Positions 19,419 to 29,802 of a stretch of 64,000 nt of DNA are shown here, one piece after another. Within the stretch, counting starts at the first letter, position 1; each line of letters begins with the position of its first letter. The translations under genes and the position numbers were made by a program. Source of the DNA: an uncultured Acidobacteriota bacterium (GTDB lineage: Bacteria > Acidobacteriota > UBA6911); NCBI GenBank assembly GCA_963809485.1, contig CAWEJX010000020.1, positions 1,184,001-1,248,000 of the forward strand, written 5' to 3'. Below the pieces are notes generated by a model. It was not told the origin of the DNA and did no database searches. It saw only the letters and a list, made by a program, of their open reading frames with translations.

Positions 19419-20732
19419 ATGAGCGAGCGAAAAAAATTCTTCGACATAAGAAAAGAAGAGCTTCCGTTCTCTTTGTTGATGGCCGGGTATTTCTTCCTGG
19501 TCATTACAAGCTTCTGGGTTTTGAAGCCGATCAAAAAATCAATATTCATTGCCTACTACAAGGAAGCCGGGACCTTCAACCTTTTCGGCTGGCACATGCT
19601 CGGGTCGCAGGCGGAGCTTCTCGCCAAGGTGCTGAACATGGTCGTCGCCGCCGTGGCCGTCGCCGTGTTTACGATCCTCTGCCGCAAATTTTTCCGCCAG
19701 CAGCTCACCTGCATTTTCTCCATTTTCTCCATTGCGTTGCTCGTCGTCTATTTCTTTTTGCTGGCAAAGCCCAACGGGGCGACCGTCTGGACGTTTTACC
19801 TGTTCGGCGACCTCTTCAACACCTTGATGGTCCCAACCTTTTTTGCATTCCTGAACGACAGCGTCACCGGTGATCAGGCCAAGAGGCTATATGGGCTGGT
19901 AGGATTCGGAGGGGTAGCCGGCGGAGCTTTCGGCTCCATTACGCTCGCGGCGCTGATCTCCCAGGTATCGACCAATGTGTGGATGCTGATATTGATCGCG
20001 GTCGTTCTTATCATCATGGTCATGGCCTATGCCGCCTCCCGAAGGATACCGGCAGGCGGCGCCCCGGCGGCGCATTCCCCCAAGGCCAAGATGGACGGCA
20101 AAGAGAGCAACGCCGCGTTAGAGGGGGCGAGGCTGGTGTTCCGTTCTCGTTACCTTCTGGCGATTGTGGCGATTGTCGGTTTTTACGAAATGGTATCGAC
20201 GATCATGGACTTCCAGTTCTCCGCGAGCGTGGAGCACTTTGTGGCCGCCGCCGGCATCGGCGAGCATTTTTCGCGGGTGTTTGCCATAACGAATCTGAGC
20301 GCGATGGTTGTTCAGCTGCTTTTCACAAGCTTCGTCATGACCCGGTTCGGGATCGGGATTGCCTTGCTGGTCCTGCCCATCGCCGCGCTCGGGGGTTCCG
20401 CGGGCTTCTTCCTGTTCCCTGCCCTGTGGACCGGCAGCTTCCTGAACACGGCGGACAATGCCTTCAGCTACTCGATCAACCAGTCGGCAAAGGAAGCGCT
20501 GTACGTTCCCACGACCCGGGAGGAAAAGTACAAGGCCAAAGCCTTCATCGACATGTTCGTCCAGCGTTTCGCAAAATCGATCGCCGTCGGCATCAGCCTT
20601 GTGCTGACGACGTTCTTCGCAAGCTTCTCGGCCATCCGCTGGCTGTCGCTGGTTGTGGCCGCCATCCTGGTTGCCTGGATTTTTGCCGCGCGCTATGCGG
20701 GCAAAAAGTTCGACGAATACAACAAGGCTTAG
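19419..20732 (+). CDS. NTT/TLC (ATP/ADP translocase-like) nucleotide transporter family
   Basis: VLKPIKKS, QAKRLYGLVG, EALYVP...KYKAKAFIDMFVQRFAK signature; about 12 TM segments. Confidence 0.85.
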   Translation: MSERKKFFDIRKEELPFSLLMAGYFFLVITSFWVLKPIKKSIFIAYYKEAGTFNLFGWHMLGSQAELLAKVLNMVVAAVAVAVFTILCRKFFRQQLTCIFSIFSIALLVVYFFLLAKPNGATVWTFYLFGDLFNTLMVPTFFAFLNDSVTGDQAKRLYGLVGFGGVAGGAFGSITLAALISQVSTNVWMLILIAVVLIIMVMAYAASRRIPAGGAPAAHSPKAKMDGKESNAALEGARLVFRSRYLLAIVAIVGFYEMVSTIMDFQFSASVEHFVAAAGIGEHFSRVFAITNLSAMVVQLLFTSFVMTRFGIGIALLVLPIAALGGSAGFFLFPALWTGSFLNTADNAFSYSINQSAKEALYVPTTREEKYKAKAFIDMFVQRFAKSIAVGISLVLTTFFASFSAIRWLSLVVAAILVAWIFAARYAGKKFDEYNKA

Positions 20733-20769
20733 AGGCAGGCGAGAACCTCCAAGTCTCGAAGAATCTCCA

Positions 20770-21528
20770 TTAGTGCAAAGACATGCCGCCGTCGTGGACG
20801 ATCAGCTGCCCCGTGATCATCTGGCTGTCCTCGCTGGCCAGGTAGATGGCTGTTCCCACGAGGTCCTGCGGGTAAGCCGGCCTTTTGATGCATCGCATGG
20901 GTATCTGAACCTCATCGAGGGGGACAGAGGGGAATTTTTTATTCCTGTCGAACTCGTCGCCGCCCTCGGAATGTGTGAAGCCGGGCGCAATCGCATTCAC
21001 GTTGATTTTGTAATCGCCCAGTTCGCGGGCCATTCCGCGGGTGAAAGCCATCACGGCCCCCTTTGATGAAATGTAATGGGGCAATCCCGGAACGCCTTCG
21101 AATACGGTTCCGGAAGAGACGTTGATGATTTTGCCCCCTTTATCTTTCATGAATGGGAAAACGGCCTTGACGCAGTGAAACGGGCCCAGCGTGTTGGTTG
21201 CCATCACCTGCATCCACTCTTCCGTCGTCACTTCCATGAAGGGCTTGATCGTGACCAGGGTTCCCGCATTGTTGACCAGGATGTCGATCGAGCCGAACCG
21301 TTCCACGGCGGCCTTGGCCAGCGCGTCGCACTGATCCTGCTTCGTGACATCTGTCTTCACATAGAGAGCCTGGCCTCCCGCCTTTTCAATGGCAGCGCCG
21401 GTATGGCTCCCGTCGCGGATATCTCCGATGACGACTTTCGCGCCTTCCTTGCCAAAACCTATGGCGAAGGCAGCTCCGATGCCGCGGGCGGCCCCGGTTA
21501 CGATTGCGACCTTGTCTTTCAGCCTCAT
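20770..21528 (-). CDS. Classical SDR oxidoreductase
   Basis: TGAARGIG, NNAG, YISSK, NAIAPG. Confidence 0.93.
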   Translation of the reverse strand: MRLKDKVAIVTGAARGIGAAFAIGFGKEGAKVVIGDIRDGSHTGAAIEKAGGQALYVKTDVTKQDQCDALAKAAVERFGSIDILVNNAGTLVTIKPFMEVTTEEWMQVMATNTLGPFHCVKAVFPFMKDKGGKIINVSSGTVFEGVPGLPHYISSKGAVMAFTRGMARELGDYKINVNAIAPGFTHSEGGDEFDRNKKFPSVPLDEVQIPMRCIKRPAYPQDLVGTAIYLASEDSQMITGQLIVHDGGMSLH

Positions 21529-21756
21529 TTCAGTCCTCCTTTTCGTTTGAAAGTCCGTTATGTCTGCGGATGAAGATCCTATCTTTGCCGAATTATGGCT
21601 AATTTTCCAACCCGAAAGCCAAATTTATGCAAAGATACGGCAACAATCCCTGTCCGGGAACCAGGATAAAGCCCTAAAGGTGTTTCCGGGAAATGGTCAT
21701 TCTCAATTCCTATCGATCGTGATTCGCATAAGTCAGAACATAAGGAGATGCCGCCT

Positions 21757-23094
21757 ATGGATAAACAAAAGCCGGAATTGACCCGCGAGGAAAAGCGCGA
21801 GCGAAGGCTCAAGGACTATCTTTATCCGCCGCCCCTGATCAAGTTTCGCGACGCGAAAGCAGAGACTCTCTACAAGGAGAGAGCGGCCCGCGTGATGGCC
21901 GCCCACATGTGCCAAAAACCCGATCGAGTGCCCGTATCCCTTCCCACGGGTGCATACCCGGCCTATTACGCCGGCTATGACTATAAAAGGATGATGTACG
22001 ACTACAAGGCGTGCAGGGAAGCCATGACCAAATTCATGTGGGACTTCTACAAGGACATGGACACTTTCATGGGCGGAGGTTCGATCCCCGGTCGGGCGCT
22101 GGACATAATGGACAATATCAACTACGCCTGGCCCGGCCACGGCGTGGGCGACGACGCCACGACTCATCAGTATATCGAAGCCTCGTACATGCAGCCCGAC
22201 GAATACGACGCCTATATCAGGGATCCTTCCGACTTCGGGTTCAGGTTACTCACGCCGCGCACCGTCAGGGCGCTTGAACCTTTGAAATACTTCCCTGCCT
22301 TGAACGGACTTCTGGCCATACCATTGGAGCTGGCGAATCCGTTTGCCAGGCCGGATGTGCGGGAGGCCTTCAAAAAGCTGATCGCGGCCGGAGAGGAGAT
22401 CGAGAGGCAGCAGAAGGAAAACATGATCTTTTTTATGGAATGCCTTTCGGCCGGATTCCCGATGAGCCGCGGAGCCATGGGCACGGCCCCGTTTGACCTG
22501 ATCGCGGACGTTCTGCGCGGGACCCGGGGGATTGCCGTGGATATGTACCGGCGGCCCGAGAAGATTCTCGAGGCGGTCGAGGTCATCACGAAACTGGCCA
22601 TCCCCAGGATGATCCACAGCGTGAATGCCATGGGCGGCACCTCGGTCATGTTTCCGCTGCACAAAGGCGACGACACCTTTATGTCGCGCAAACAATTCGA
22701 AAAATTTTACTGGCCCACTCTAAAGAGAGTCATTGACGCCCTGATCGACGAGGGCATCATGGCGTTCCTGTTCGCGGAGGGATCGTACAACGAAAGGCTG
22801 GATTATCTCGGCGACTTCCCGAAAGGATGGGTGACCTGGATGTTCGACCGGACCGACATGGCTCAGGCGAAAAAAAAGGTCGGCGACACATGCTGCATTT
22901 CCGGGAACGTTCCCGCATCGCTGATGGTCGCGGGCACTCCCAAAGAGGTTAAGGAATGCTGCCGCCGTCTTATCGAGACCTGCGCTCCCGGAGGCGGCTA
23001 CATACTGACCGGAGGCGCGCATGCCACGGAGACGAAGAATCCGGATAATTTCAGGGTCTTCATGGAAGCGGCCGTTGAATACGGCACCTATTAA
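21757..23094 (+). CDS. Uroporphyrinogen decarboxylase superfamily protein (MtaA/CmuA-like corrinoid methyltransferase type)
   Basis: PDRVPV, APFD...LRG...DMYRRPE, PLHKGDDTFMS..FEKFYWP, FAEG, GNVP, GGGYIL. Confidence 0.85.
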   Translation: MDKQKPELTREEKRERRLKDYLYPPPLIKFRDAKAETLYKERAARVMAAHMCQKPDRVPVSLPTGAYPAYYAGYDYKRMMYDYKACREAMTKFMWDFYKDMDTFMGGGSIPGRALDIMDNINYAWPGHGVGDDATTHQYIEASYMQPDEYDAYIRDPSDFGFRLLTPRTVRALEPLKYFPALNGLLAIPLELANPFARPDVREAFKKLIAAGEEIERQQKENMIFFMECLSAGFPMSRGAMGTAPFDLIADVLRGTRGIAVDMYRRPEKILEAVEVITKLAIPRMIHSVNAMGGTSVMFPLHKGDDTFMSRKQFEKFYWPTLKRVIDALIDEGIMAFLFAEGSYNERLDYLGDFPKGWVTWMFDRTDMAQAKKKVGDTCCISGNVPASLMVAGTPKEVKECCRRLIETCAPGGGYILTGGAHATETKNPDNFRVFMEAAVEYGTY

Positions 23095-23199
23095 TTTGCT
23101 GGAGACCAGGAGGCATAGAGGTTCACAATATTAACCTCCAAGCCTCTAAGTCTCAAAATCGGCCGCACGCGCAAAGGCGGAAGTGGAGGTTTTTCATCG

Positions 23200-25885
23200 A
23201 TGGGCGCCAAAAAAATTGACATTGGAGCGGACAGGCAGGTTATCCGGGGGTCGGGCCTTATAGGATCGGGAGATTCCGGGGTCCCTACGCTGGTCGACGT
23301 GAAGGACGGCAGGATCACGAGGATCAGGCCCCTGGACTACGAAATGAATTACGACCGGAAGGATTTCAACGCCTGGAAGATCGAGGCAAAAGGAAAAATT
23401 CTCGAGCCTCCCATGCGAGGCGTCGTCGGCCCCATCGGGCTGGCATACAAGAAGCGGGTGTATTCCAGGAATCGGGTTCGCTACCCGCTTAAACGCATCG
23501 ACTGGGATCCCAACGGCGAGCGCAATACGCAGAACCGGGGCAAAAGCGGCTACGTTCGCATTTCCTGGGACGAGGCTGCGGAGCTGGTGGCCTCGGAGCT
23601 GAAGCGCATCGGCAAGACCTACGGCCCGGAAGCGGTGCTGTCGCAGGCCGACATGCACGGCGAGAGCAAGCACCTCAGCCCCAGCCACGGCTGCGCCAAC
23701 AGGCTCCTCTCCCTGCTGGGCGGCTACACCGTCCAGATGCGCAACATGGACAGCTGGGAAGGCCAGAACTGGGGCGCCAAGCATGTCTGGGGCTGCGAGC
23801 CCGTCGGCGAGATGATGCCGGCTGCCAACCTGTATCCCGATATCGCCAAACACGGGGAGATGCTTCTCTTCTGGGGCTGCGACCCGGAAACGACGCCTCA
23901 CGCCATCCAGGGCATGATGGCCAGCCGCCTGTGCTACTGGCTGACCGAGATCGGCCTGAAGTCCGTCTACATCTGTCCGGATCTGAACTACGGCGCGGCC
24001 GTGCACGCCGACAAGTGGATACCCATCCTGCCCAATACGGACGCGGCGCTGCAGCTGGCCATCGCTTATGTCTGGATCACGGAAGGAACTTACGACAAGG
24101 ACTACATCGCGGCGCACGCCTACGGCTTTGAAAAGTTCGAGGACTATGTACTCGGCAAAGAGGATGGCGTGCCCAAGACGCCCGCGTGGGCGTCGGAAAA
24201 GTGCGGCGTCCCGGAGTGGACCATCAAAGCCCTCGCGAGGGACTGGGCGAACAAAACGGCAAGCATTATCCACGGCAATGCCGGGCCCGGAATACGCGGG
24301 CCGTTCTCGACCGAGCCGGCGCGCCTGGAAACCATGCTTCTGGGTATGCGAGGACTGGGCAAGCCCGGCGTTCACCAGGCAAAGATGCTCGAATGGTGGA
24401 TATGGCGCGAGTTTTACCCCCTTCCCTACCAGGGGAAAATACGGCCGCAGCTCGCGCATTTCGCGGAGGGAGTCCGTCCCGCAGGCAGCATGGATTCCTC
24501 GGAAATGACGCCGCCTGCCTACATGGGCAGGCATCCGGAAATGCTGGAGCTGATGAAAATGACGAAGAATCCTCCGCTCCAGTCCATCCCCAAGTGCCTG
24601 ATTCACGACGCCATCCTGAATCCTCCCGTCAGCTGGTGGGGATTGCACGCTTTTCTGCGAGCCGGCCGCGGCGCAGTTCACCCGGCATACATATCCGGCT
24701 CCGGGATGCTCCGAAATCCACATGATCTGGACTGACTCTCCTTGCTGGATCACCTGCTGGAACGACTCCAATTCCTTCATCAAGGCTTTGCAGAAACCTA
24801 CCATCGAGTGCGTCGTGGCGCAGCATCCCTGGATGGAAAACGACTGCCTGATGGCGGACATCGTTCTCCCGGTCGCCACCCGGTTTGAAATGATCGATAT
24901 CGGCAACGATATGGGCAGCGGCGCGTTTGTCTCCGTTTTCCTGGAAGATCCCTGCATCGATCCGGTGGGCGAGTCGCTCAACGACTTCGACATCGTGGCA
25001 AAAATCGCCGACAAGCTGGGGCTGCGGGAGGAGTACACGCTGGGGAAGACGCACGAGGAAAAGCAAAAGCTCGCCTTCGAAGCCTCCGGCGTGCCGCCGC
25101 TGATATCCTTCGAGGAGTTGCGGAAGAAGCAGTATTTTGTGATGCCCTGCAATCCCGAGGTTCAGAACGTGCCGCCCGGGCTGAGCGAGTTCTGCAGAGA
25201 CCCTAAAAGCAGCCCGCTGACCACCCCCACCGGCCTGCTGGAGTACTCCTCGTCAGCCCTGGAAAAGCATTTCCCGGACGATCCCGAAAGGCCGCCGGTA
25301 CCCCACTGGATCGAAAAAGGCGAAAGCCACGACGAACGCCTCAGCAGCAAACGGGCTCAAAAGTATCCGCTCCTGTGCATGTCGAACCACCCGCGGTGGC
25401 GCATGCACGCCCAGGGGGACGACATTACCTGGACGCGGGAGGTGCCCACCATGAAGATCAAGGGCCCCGACGGCTACCTGTATGAACCCGTGTGGATCCA
25501 TACCACCGAAGCCGCGGCGCGCGGAATCCGGCAGGGCGACATCGTGAAGGTCTACAACGAACGGGGCATTGTGCTGGGCGGCGCTTACGTGACGGAGCGG
25601 GTCATGCCTCGCGTAGCCTACATGGACCACGGATCGAGATGGGACCCGATCATCCCCGGCAAGCTGGACAGGGGCGGCGCCATCAACACCATCACGCCGC
25701 ACAAAGTCACGTCCGAGAAAGCAACGGGCATGGTTGTCAGCGGCTTTCTTGTCGAGGTGGCCAAGGTGACCGATGAAGAGATGGCAGCGTGGCGCAGGGG
25801 CTATCCGGAAGCTTTCAACCGGGACTACGATCCGGCCACGGGGGTATCGCTTTCCGGCTGGCTCATCAGAGAACAGGAGGCATAA
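23200..25885 (+). CDS. Molybdopterin oxidoreductase, pyrogallol transhydroxylase large subunit (AthL)-like; +1 frameshift in T-run 24651-24654
   Basis: VKDGRITRI, WKIEAKGK, DPNGERN, RISWDEA, DSWEG (Ser ligand). ORFs 23200..24735 and 24722..25885 join as WGLHAFCEPAAAQFTRHTYP...EIHMIWTD with one T removed. Confidence 0.85.
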
Positions 25886-26709
25886 TGGCTAAGGCATTCG
25901 TGATTGATGTTGCGAGATGCTGCGGTTGCTACAACTGCCAGCTGGCGTGCAAGGATGAGCACGTGGAGAACGACTGGACGCCTTACGCCAGACCGCAGCC
26001 GGAAACGGGCCAGTTCTGGCTCAAACTGCAGGAAAATGTCTGCGGAACCGTCCCGAAAGTGAGGATGCATTACATACCGTTGTTGTGCAATCACTGCAGG
26101 AACGCTCCGTGCATCGAGGCGTGCCCGTACGGCGCGATTTCGAAGAGAGACGACGGGCTGGTGATCATCGGTCCCGAGAAGTGTAAAGGGAGCGAAGGCT
26201 GCAAAGCTTGCGTGGCCGCCTGCCCCTATGGCGCGATTTATTTCAACGACAGGCTGGGACTGGCGCAGAAATGTACCGGCTGCGCCCATCTGCTGGACAA
26301 CGGGTACAAGCTGCCGCGCTGCGTGGAATCCTGTCCGACCGATGCTATGAAATTCGGCGAGGAAGCGGACCTGAGGAGCTTTATCGAGGGCGCAACCGTA
26401 TTCAAGCCCGAGACCGGGTGCGGGCCAAAGGTGTTTTACCGGAACATTCCGGGCAAATTCATCGCCGGGACGGTATACGACCCTGTCGAGAAGGAAGTTG
26501 TGATCGGGGCGCGCTGCCTGCTGACATCCGGAGGCAAGCTGGTCGAGACCTTCACCGACGCTTACGGCGATTTCTGGTTCCAGGACCTTGCCGTCGGCAG
26601 GTACGGCGTAAGCATCGAGGCTAAGGGATTCCAGGGAAAGTATTTTGCCGATCTTGACACCACCGGGGACGTCAACCTGGGCGACATCCCTCTTGCCAGG
26701 CAGGAATAA
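25885..26709 (+). CDS. Fe-S small subunit, transhydroxylase beta (BthL)-like, with C-terminal beta-sandwich domain
   Basis: IDVARCCGCYNCQLACKDEH, CNHCRNAPC, KCTGCAHLLD, PRCVESCP, TDAYGDFWF; TAATG overlap with the large subunit. Confidence 0.88.
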   Translation: MAKAFVIDVARCCGCYNCQLACKDEHVENDWTPYARPQPETGQFWLKLQENVCGTVPKVRMHYIPLLCNHCRNAPCIEACPYGAISKRDDGLVIIGPEKCKGSEGCKACVAACPYGAIYFNDRLGLAQKCTGCAHLLDNGYKLPRCVESCPTDAMKFGEEADLRSFIEGATVFKPETGCGPKVFYRNIPGKFIAGTVYDPVEKEVVIGARCLLTSGGKLVETFTDAYGDFWFQDLAVGRYGVSIEAKGFQGKYFADLDTTGDVNLGDIPLARQE

Positions 26710-26976
26710 TGGCATTGAGGGGTCTGCCTTCCGCTTGCGGATGGATGACGCGGACATATGCCGGGAAAAGCGCCGACGCACGCTGACAATATATGGATTT
26801 ATTCCATCGGTGCGGGTCCAGCGTCTGCGGATCGCGCAACCGGAGCGTTCGGCAAAATAGCGCTTAATGGAATGGAATTGTTTTTGCAGTTCGGATATAG
26901 TGCATTCCCATCAGTCAATCGATTCATTCAGGCGGGCTTGGAAAAAAAGAGGAACGTAACACTCTGAGGAGGCATT

Positions 26977-27861
26977 ATGATTCGGGCAATTGTTTTGTTT
27001 GCGATGCTCTGCAGCACTTTGTCTGTTTATGCGGAAACCGTCCTATTGGCTCCTGCGGCGCCGGGTTGCACGCGGGCGAGCCTTCAGGCCATAGCCGACA
27101 AATACGTGGAGGCATTGAAGAAGGGCGATCCGTCCGTGATGCCGCTGGCCGCGGGGGCGAAATATATCGAAAGAAGGAAGACAATTCCCTTCGGGCAGGG
27201 CATCTGGAAAAAGCCCATGGTCGTTGATTTCAGCCGCAGCCTGCTCGACGTCGACATATGCGAGACCTTCACGGAAGTCATCAGCGCGAAAAACAACCCC
27301 CAGTATGTCACTGGAACGCGTCTGAAAATTGTGGACGGAAAAGTTGTGGAAGTTGAAAGTCTGGTCAGCGACAAAAACGACTGGCTTTTCGACGCGGACG
27401 CCTATCTGAAGTATTCGTCAACGGAAAAATGGGACATCCTGCCTCCCGAAAAGCGGACGGACCGCCAGACGCTGATCAAAGTCGCCAGCGACTATTTCGA
27501 CATTTTCCAGGACTATTCCGCATTCGACAAGGTGCCCTGGGGAATCCCGTGTGTGCGCATTGAGGGTGGAGCCTACACGAATGCCAAAAACGATCCCAAT
27601 CCTTCCTGTACGCTCGGAGTTCCAAAAGGCGGTGGCGTGCCGATGACGAACCGGAGCTATATCGTGGACGTCGAAATGGGATCGGTTGTGGGCCAGTGCG
27701 ACTTCGGGGGAGCAAAGGGATTGTGGGACGCCCACACATTCAGGCTGGAAAACGGCAAGCTCCGTTATGTGCATGTAATAACACTGTGTCCCAATGGCTG
27801 TCCCAAAATGCCTCCGCCCAAAGACGCGCCCAAAGGCACGCCCAGAGAAGTGCCCCAATAA
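26977..27861 (+). CDS. Secreted hypothetical protein (tandem NTF2-like domains)
   Basis: Signal peptide; RBS GAGGAGG; C-R..L...ADKY, CVRIEGG, HTFRLENGKLRYVH. Confidence 0.7.
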   Translation: MIRAIVLFAMLCSTLSVYAETVLLAPAAPGCTRASLQAIADKYVEALKKGDPSVMPLAAGAKYIERRKTIPFGQGIWKKPMVVDFSRSLLDVDICETFTEVISAKNNPQYVTGTRLKIVDGKVVEVESLVSDKNDWLFDADAYLKYSSTEKWDILPPEKRTDRQTLIKVASDYFDIFQDYSAFDKVPWGIPCVRIEGGAYTNAKNDPNPSCTLGVPKGGGVPMTNRSYIVDVEMGSVVGQCDFGGAKGLWDAHTFRLENGKLRYVHVITLCPNGCPKMPPPKDAPKGTPREVPQ

Positions 27862-27878
27862 ATGGCGGTCATTGAATA

Positions 27879-27934
27879 TTGCAGGTTACAGGATACGGGT
27901 CACGGTGCGTGAGCCTGATACCTGTAACCTGCAA
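27879..27934. terminator. 14-bp inverted repeat between convergent genes
   Basis: ttgcaggttacagg ... cctgtaacctgcaa, embedded in heptamer-like repeats. Confidence 0.5.
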
Positions 27935-27998
27935 CCCGTAATCCTGAAGGACCGGCCCGGATACGCGCTTCAACAGGAAGTCCCGCGAGAGATTCCGA

Positions 27999-29270
27999 CT
28001 ACTCCCCATATCTGAACAGCAGCAGCCCATTCAGGAAGGCCACGACGCTTCCGATTGCCACGAGAACAATCTTGAACAAAAGTCCATTGGCATGGCCTTT
28101 CATCACTTTTTTGGAGGAAGTCAGGTAAATCTGCAGAAATACGGTGATGGGGAGCTGGATGCTGAGCATCATCTGGGAGTAGATGAGTCCCTGGAACGGA
28201 TCGCTGATCGCGAAAATGATCGCAAGGGCGAAAACCAACGAAATGGCCACTCCCAGGGCCGAGTGATTGTCCTTGATCTGAAAGGGTTCCCCATAGAATC
28301 CGGCGAATATTGATCCGGCTGCCATCCCCGAGGTTATAGACGAGGCGATTCCCGAAAAAAGCAGGGCGATGGCAAATACAACAGCGGCATAGCGGCCCAG
28401 CAGCGGCTGGAGCATCTCTTGCGCCTGCCGGAGTTCCGACACCGGCGTTCCCAGCGCAAAAAAGGTGGACGCCGCCAGCAGGATCATTGCGCTGTTAATA
28501 GCCCACCCGACGATCATCGAAAAGAGAGTGTCCAAAAACTCATAGTCCAGCTGTCGCTGGATTACCTTCTCGTCTTTCAGGTTCCACTGCCGGCTTTGGA
28601 TGATTTCCGAATGCAGAAATAAATTATGGGGCATCACCACGGCCCCCAGGACACTCATGACAATCACCATGGAGCCGTGAGGGATTGAAGGGACTGTCCA
28701 TCGATAAGCGGCGGCGCCCCAGTCGATGTTCACAAGCGTCAATTCGTAAATAAATGAGAGACCGATGATCGAGACGAACCCGATGATCCACTTCTCGATT
28801 GCGGCGTAAGAATTGGTGACCAGCATGATCCATACAAAAACAGCGGTTAAGACCGCGCCGACGGGGATCGGGACGTTAAAGAGCATATTCAGAGCAATGG
28901 CGGCTCCCAGGATTTCGGCCAGCGAAGTCGAAATGGAGGCGAGCATGGCGCTTCCCAATACACTCCGTGAGATCCATTTTGGCAGGTAAAGCGTCGCCGC
29001 TTCGGAAAGACACAGCCCGGTGGTGATGCCGAGGTGGGCGACATTGTGCTGAAGGATGATAAGCATTATCGTCGAGAGGGTGATCACCCACAGCAACGAA
29101 TATCCGAATTGAGCGCCCGCCGCAAGATTCGAGGCCCAGTTGCCCGGATCGATGAATCCCACGGTCACAAGCAGCCCGGGGCCGATGTATTTCAGGAGAT
29201 GTGAAATGCCGAACTCGGGATGGTGATCCCTGCGCCGCAGGTCCTTGAGAATATATTGGAGTCTATTCAT
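27999..29270 (-). CDS. mntH: NRAMP family divalent metal (Mn2+/Fe2+) transporter
   Basis: GPGLLVTVGFIDPGNWASN and GAVVMPHNLFLHS. Confidence 0.93.
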   Translation of the reverse strand: MNRLQYILKDLRRRDHHPEFGISHLLKYIGPGLLVTVGFIDPGNWASNLAAGAQFGYSLLWVITLSTIMLIILQHNVAHLGITTGLCLSEAATLYLPKWISRSVLGSAMLASISTSLAEILGAAIALNMLFNVPIPVGAVLTAVFVWIMLVTNSYAAIEKWIIGFVSIIGLSFIYELTLVNIDWGAAAYRWTVPSIPHGSMVIVMSVLGAVVMPHNLFLHSEIIQSRQWNLKDEKVIQRQLDYEFLDTLFSMIVGWAINSAMILLAASTFFALGTPVSELRQAQEMLQPLLGRYAAVVFAIALLFSGIASSITSGMAAGSIFAGFYGEPFQIKDNHSALGVAISLVFALAIIFAISDPFQGLIYSQMMLSIQLPITVFLQIYLTSSKKVMKGHANGLLFKIVLVAIGSVVAFLNGLLLFRYGE

Positions 29271-29381
29271 AGCAATTCCAGCTTTGGACCATAGTAAATC
29301 ATCGGAAACAATAACGGTCCGGATTTTTCAAAGGATTTTCCAGGGGTGGGTCCGTTCTGTTCGCCGAGGGCACAGGTTTCA

Positions 29382-29598
29382 GTCAGGCACCTCCGGCAAA
29401 GCCGGAGGCTTGAAAGATTGGGACCGCTCAAAGCGGTTGGAGGAGTTACGCTGGTCTTGAACGCTGACTTACGCGGGCGAAAACCGACCCTCGCCGAACA
29501 GGTCGGCGTTTGTCAGCGCTTTTGTCAGCGTATCTCAGCGTTTCAAAATACGGAGCTGTCAAACTCTATGAGTCCCCCGGCAGGGCCGGGTTTACCAA
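29382..29598. mobile_element. Short copy of the IS200/IS605-type element lacking the internal palindrome cassette
   Basis: Both ends present; sequence jumps from gcgggcgaaaaccga to ccctcgccgaac. Confidence 0.8.
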
Positions 29599-29802
29599 TA
29601 GGATTAATGGGCCGCTCGGGGCGCGCACTCATTGATTCCTGGGCCGGATCCAAGTTCTTGCAGCCAATAAAGGGGCCCAAAATTTCAATGTAAGAGCATT
29701 TGTTGTGCTGTATATTGTGTCTATCAGTATTGTTTTCAGTGATTTATTGTGGTCCGACCCCGGACCTGCGACACCCCGGACCTGCGACCTGCTGGAGAAA
29801 TC

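Noticed and set aside
24645-24660. Programmed ribosomal frameshifting in the Mo enzyme, serA or permease
   Set aside because: No slippery heptamer with stimulatory structure was seen, and these families are not known to be recoded; scattered indels fit sequencing error.
23194-25152. 652-aa minus-strand ORF and similar long shadow ORFs (9552..11015, 43810..44748, most of 14423..15679)
   Set aside because: Antisense to well-supported genes in GC-rich DNA, with no recognisable motifs.
29271-29381. Mn-sensing yybP-ykoY riboswitch upstream of mntH
   Set aside because: Could not identify the conserved elements by eye; an Infernal/Rfam search would be needed.
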